DNA from: an uncultured archaeon
GTDB lineage: Archaea > Iainarchaeota > Iainarchaeia > Iainarchaeales > 0-14-0-20-30-16
NCBI GenBank assembly: GCA_964595665.1
Contig: CAZQQS010000011.1
Location: forward strand, 1 to 18,161
Reading direction: 5' to 3'
Length of the DNA stretch: 18,161 bases
Shown: positions 15,231-18,161 of the stretch, one piece after another
Position numbering within the stretch: the first letter of the stretch is position 1
Layout: every line of letters starts with the position of its first letter
Translations under genes and position numbers: made by a program
The notes under the pieces: generated by a model
Seen by the model: the letters and a program-made list of their open reading frames with translations, nothing else
Databases searched by the model: none
What the model was told of the DNA's origin: nothing

Positions 15231-15279
15231 AAATAAAAATAAAAAAAAGAGAATAAAATAGGAATTTAATTCCTATTTT
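15231..15279 (-). terminator. Terminator of the 804-aa gene: perfect 11-bp hairpin overlapping the TAG stop, followed by a long oligo-T tract.
   Basis: aaaataggaat (15255-15265) / tta / attcctatttt (15269-15279) are exact reverse complements. Downstream on the minus strand comes TCTTTTTTTTTATTTTTATTTT (15250-15231). Confidence 0.65.
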
Positions 15280-17687
15280 GTTTCTGGTAAAAATACTGCG
15301 GGATTCCACCAGAATTTTATATCATAACTTCCTTCTGTATATCCAACACAAACTTTTTCTGTTTTTACTAACTCATAAATATCTTCTAAATCGCTAATTT
15401 TAGATTTATATGTAGAATCTAATTGTAAATTCTGAGATCCGTTTCTGAATTTAATACTGTCAAATAATTTAGCATCTCCACTTGAAGTTACAATATTCAT
15501 TGAACCTGTTGCTTCTTCTGGCATATAAACTAAACCAACATATCTAACTTTCTCAGTATCTCTTATTATAGAATCTTTATCCCAATACAAACCATAAGCA
15601 ATGCTTTGGAATTGTCCTATTGGCACTTTAGAATTTGTACCATAAATATCAGATCTACCAATTTCATCTAAAGTACTTGAACCATCAAAAGATTTACAAT
15701 CAAAGCCATCTGCACAAACTAAAGTCCAATCTATAAAACTATTACCAGCTGTTCTTGGACTTCCAGCAATATTTATTGTGTAAAATGCGAATGCATCTCC
15801 AGCTTTAGTATGATTTAATTCTAAACCAACAGGCGCAGGATAAGACATATATCGTTTTACATCATATGATACGCCTACAGCACTTGCTCTTGGACTTATT
15901 TGTAATAATAAACCTTTGTTAAAACCATTTAAAGATTCAATACTACTATCAACACTCATGTTTAAACTTACTATAGGAGTAGAACTAGATCTTAAACTTG
16001 GCTCTAATAACATAGGATTATTTGTTTCGTTCTTAAACCAAATTGCATCTCCTTTGTAATCTACACCATAACCTATTCTTTCAATTACTCCATTTTTAAC
16101 ACCCATAGTTGCATCTAAAGGCATATAGTAAACTGGATTATTATCTTCGCTTATTAATTCTAAATAAATAGTTATTTTCTCTACATTTGAATTTACACTA
16201 TTATTTAGATATATTTGTTTTTCTTTTATTTCATCAACATAAGTTATTGCAACAGTTACATTATACAATCCAGCTTTTTCTAATTTATAACCTTCATTAT
16301 TCATTGCAGAATAACTTAAAGGTTTAAACTCAATTTTATTTTGAGAATATAAATCAGTTATTATTGCTTTTGCATGTTTTCCAAAACCTAAGAATGTTGT
16401 ATTTAATGCATAATCTACAAAATCATTAAAGAAATCTTTTGTATAACCATCTTTCATTAAATATGCTTTAAAATTTAATTCCTCATAAGCAATTTTAGAT
16501 TTTGTATCAGTAGCATTAAAATCTAAACTGCTTTTTGTATTTTGAGAAATACTCTTTAAACTATCATTTAATGTACTTTCAGTAAATAAATTAATTAAAG
16601 CCATATTGAATTGTAGAGAATCACAATAAATATAATTGTTATCAGAATTACATTTTTCTAACCAATATGTATCATATGCCCAGTTATATTCTACTTTTGG
16701 GGCATATTCTAATCCAGTTGCACCTCTTAAACCATTTGCACCAAAACAATTATAATTTGGTATATTAATTACTTGTTCTTCTTGTGACAAATTCTTAAAT
16801 AATAATACAAATGCATCTTTACCCTGTACTTGTGCTTCTTCAACATCTCTTTCAACATATTCTTTCGAAACATTATTATCTAATTCTGCCAACCTAGTTT
16901 TATCCTCAACTTTACACCAACCTAACCTTCTAGTTGATTCTTTACCTAAAGTCATGGCTTCAACAGTTTGCATAGTTGTATCTGCATTATCAGTTAAAGT
17001 TTTTGCAATTGGAGTCTTACCAACATATTCTGGCAAACCTTTTACATCAAAACTTAAAACAAAATGTTCTACCGCATCAATATTATCTACATTAGGATCT
17101 ATAGCTATAGGATAATAAACAACATATTTATCATTTGATTTTCTTACAAAGTTTTTATCAGACATTAAATCAACATCAATTTTAGTAGATGGTGAAACAT
17201 CCCCTTGCGATTTAAATTTAGGTTCATAAATACTTGCTGAATTTACATCCAAAGTTTTTACCCTTACAGAAATTAATCTTTGCAAAGTAGCTAAAGTATC
17301 ATTTTTTCCTATAGTTGCCAAACCACCAATAAAAGTAGTTAAGAAATTAGTTAAACCACCAACAATAGCACCAACACCTGGACCAAAAAATCCACCTATT
17401 AATGCACCTGCATTACCTAATCCATTACCCCATTTCGCACCCGCTTGTGCTCCTGGAGATTCTCCAGAAGCAAATTGTTGTAATTTATCTCCCAAGAAAT
17501 AAGATGCACTCACAATTCCAGTTGTCAAAGCAATCTTACCTTGTGGTGTTGACGAATCAAACAAACTCCCCACACCCTCTTTAAGAGAATTAACAATATC
17601 GCCAATCCCCGCATGTGCAAACGGCATTGTAAACAACAATGCAAATATCAAAAACATTTTTCCAAATAATATATTTTTTTCATTCAT
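15273..17687 (-). CDS. Secreted ~804-aa protein. Order: Sec signal peptide, amphipathic Gly-rich N-terminus, glycine-zipper hydrophobic segment, conserved C-terminal domain paralogous to the giant protein's C-terminal module.
   Basis: Track ORF 15273..17702 starts at a TTG. The first ATG is at 17687 (MNEKNILFGKMFLIFALLFTMPFAHA|GIGD) and is preceded by GGATGTGAT with a 4-nt spacer. Motifs shared with the giant protein: YLMKDGYTxDFxNDFV, YYMPLD...(I/V)GYG...KG, PKV(E/D)YNW...YCD, and a cysteine in I(E/Q)D(I/V)...K(V/Y)C. A 33-nt patch is 32/33 identical at DNA level (16432-16464 vs 4391-4423). Confidence 0.9.
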   Translation of the reverse strand: MNEKNILFGKMFLIFALLFTMPFAHAGIGDIVNSLKEGVGSLFDSSTPQGKIALTTGIVSASYFLGDKLQQFASGESPGAQAGAKWGNGLGNAGALIGGFFGPGVGAIVGGLTNFLTTFIGGLATIGKNDTLATLQRLISVRVKTLDVNSASIYEPKFKSQGDVSPSTKIDVDLMSDKNFVRKSNDKYVVYYPIAIDPNVDNIDAVEHFVLSFDVKGLPEYVGKTPIAKTLTDNADTTMQTVEAMTLGKESTRRLGWCKVEDKTRLAELDNNVSKEYVERDVEEAQVQGKDAFVLLFKNLSQEEQVINIPNYNCFGANGLRGATGLEYAPKVEYNWAYDTYWLEKCNSDNNYIYCDSLQFNMALINLFTESTLNDSLKSISQNTKSSLDFNATDTKSKIAYEELNFKAYLMKDGYTKDFFNDFVDYALNTTFLGFGKHAKAIITDLYSQNKIEFKPLSYSAMNNEGYKLEKAGLYNVTVAITYVDEIKEKQIYLNNSVNSNVEKITIYLELISEDNNPVYYMPLDATMGVKNGVIERIGYGVDYKGDAIWFKNETNNPMLLEPSLRSSSTPIVSLNMSVDSSIESLNGFNKGLLLQISPRASAVGVSYDVKRYMSYPAPVGLELNHTKAGDAFAFYTINIAGSPRTAGNSFIDWTLVCADGFDCKSFDGSSTLDEIGRSDIYGTNSKVPIGQFQSIAYGLYWDKDSIIRDTEKVRYVGLVYMPEEATGSMNIVTSSGDAKLFDSIKFRNGSQNLQLDSTYKSKISDLEDIYELVKTEKVCVGYTEGSYDIKFWWNPAVFLPETK
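17307..17447 (-). other. Glycine-zipper hydrophobic segment of the 804-aa protein.
   Basis: AGAKWGNGLGNAGALIGGFFGPGVGAIVGGLTNFLTTFIGGLATIG. Five glycines fall at i, i+4, i+8, i+12, i+16 (GALIGGFFGPGVGAIVG). Confidence 0.7.
17610..17687 (-). other. Sec-type signal peptide with an AHA cleavage motif.
   Basis: MNEKNILFGK (n-region with Lys), MFLIFALLFTMPF (h-region), AHA then G (AxA rule). Confidence 0.6.
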
Positions 17688-17779
17688 ATTAATCACATCC
17701 AATTTGGGGAATAAACATTTAAATTCTTATTTTTAAATTTTTTAATAATACACATCACATCACCATAAAAATAAAAATA

Positions 17780-18161
17780 TTAATTAATCCTAAACATACC
17801 TTCAGAAAGTAACTTACTTTCTCTACCGCTATTATTTAACGTAAAACTCCCTGAGTTATCTTTTGTATATGGTTTACCTGTTAAATCAAAATATCCTGCA
17901 TTCCCGACATTCGGCTGATATATTGGCACATTATCAGAAGTTAATCCAACAAAATTATAAGTTGTACCCTTCAAAATAAATGACTTACCATTATTATTTA
18001 TGGTTGCACAATTAGCAGTAACACATTCTAACTTTTTAGTATTAAAATAATTATTAAAATTTAGACTAGTAGCAGGAGCAGCAGCAGGAGCAGGAGCAGG
18101 AGCAGCAGCAGGAGCAGCAGCAGGAGCAGCAGCAGGAGCAGCAGCAGGAGCAGCAGCAGGA
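17780..18161 (-). CDS. C-terminal 127 aa of a protein whose N-terminus lies beyond the right window edge: a (PAAA)n Pro/Ala linker followed by a ~95-aa domain of unknown function.
   Basis: The track ORF 17780..17974 starts at a TTG. I extended the same frame by hand and it stays open to 18161: ...PAAAPAAAPAAAPAAAPAPAPAAAPATSLNFNNYFNTKKLECVTANCATINNNGKSFILKGTTYNF...MFRIN*. The stop is TAA at 17780-17782. Confidence 0.75.
   Translation of the reverse strand, partial: PAAAPAAAPAAAPAAAPAAAPAPAPAAAPATSLNFNNYFNTKKLECVTANCATINNNGKSFILKGTTYNFVGLTSDNVPIYQPNVGNAGYFDLTGKPYTKDNSGSFTLNNSGRESKLLSEGMFRIN
18071..18161 (-). repeat. Coding tandem repeat (units gcagcagcagga and gcagga) encoding the PAAA/PA linker. 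It continues past the window edge.
   Basis: Read directly. It is strikingly GC-rich against the AT-rich background. Confidence 0.85.

Noticed and set aside
17402-17584. Track ORF of 60 aa on the plus strand, inside the 804-aa gene.
   Set aside because: It is antisense to the Gly-rich zipper segment. As at 6200-6520, the GC-rich Gly/Ala codons keep the opposite strand open by chance.
18071-18161. Regular GC-rich short repeats at the right edge that could be mistaken for a CRISPR array or a non-coding microsatellite.
   Set aside because: The units are 6-12 nt with no spacers. They are in frame with the downstream CDS and translate to a clean PAAA/PA linker.

Overview
Very AT-rich window that looks archaeal. 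It has an archaeo-eukaryal NOG1-type GTPase, a small beta-CASP metallo-beta-lactamase nuclease and a COG1373-type AAA ATPase with a PD-(D/E)xK tail. Palindromic TTTATAAA TATA boxes sit 21-22 nt upstream of ATGs, which implies leaderless mRNAs, and GTGAT Shine-Dalgarno-like motifs precede several other genes, two of them operon-internal. No searches were possible, so the taxonomy (DPANN-like or another AT-rich archaeon) is inference only. About three quarters of the window encodes four co-oriented minus-strand genes for very large secreted or membrane proteins. (1) An ORF absent from the supplied track, which I translated by hand: it is open for 1127 codons from ATG 3382 to the left edge. (2) A ~2,509-aa giant protein. 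(3) An ~804-aa secreted protein that is a stand-alone paralogue of the giant's C-terminal ~850 aa. (4) The C-terminal end of a protein with a (PAAA)n linker that runs off the right edge. The most interesting signal is a glycine-zipper (GxxxG)n, Gly/Ala/Thr-rich hydrophobic module. It sits in the middle of the giant protein and, after a cleavable signal peptide and an amphipathic GIG... N-terminus, at the front of the 804-aa paralogue. In both proteins it precedes the same conserved Cys-containing domain of unknown function. I propose, as a hypothesis only, a previously undescribed membrane-inserting (pore-forming or fusogen-like) cell-surface system. Between the housekeeping pair (nuclease, GTPase) and the surface genes lies a small accessory island: the ATPase-nuclease plus an RHH-antitoxin/RelE-like toxin pair. 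The island carries recombination scars. The last 22 bp of the GTPase gene is duplicated 65 bp downstream, and a 41-bp direct repeat makes the ATPase C-terminus identical to the antitoxin N-terminal helix. All functional calls rest on motifs read by eye and remembered family signatures; none is database-verified.
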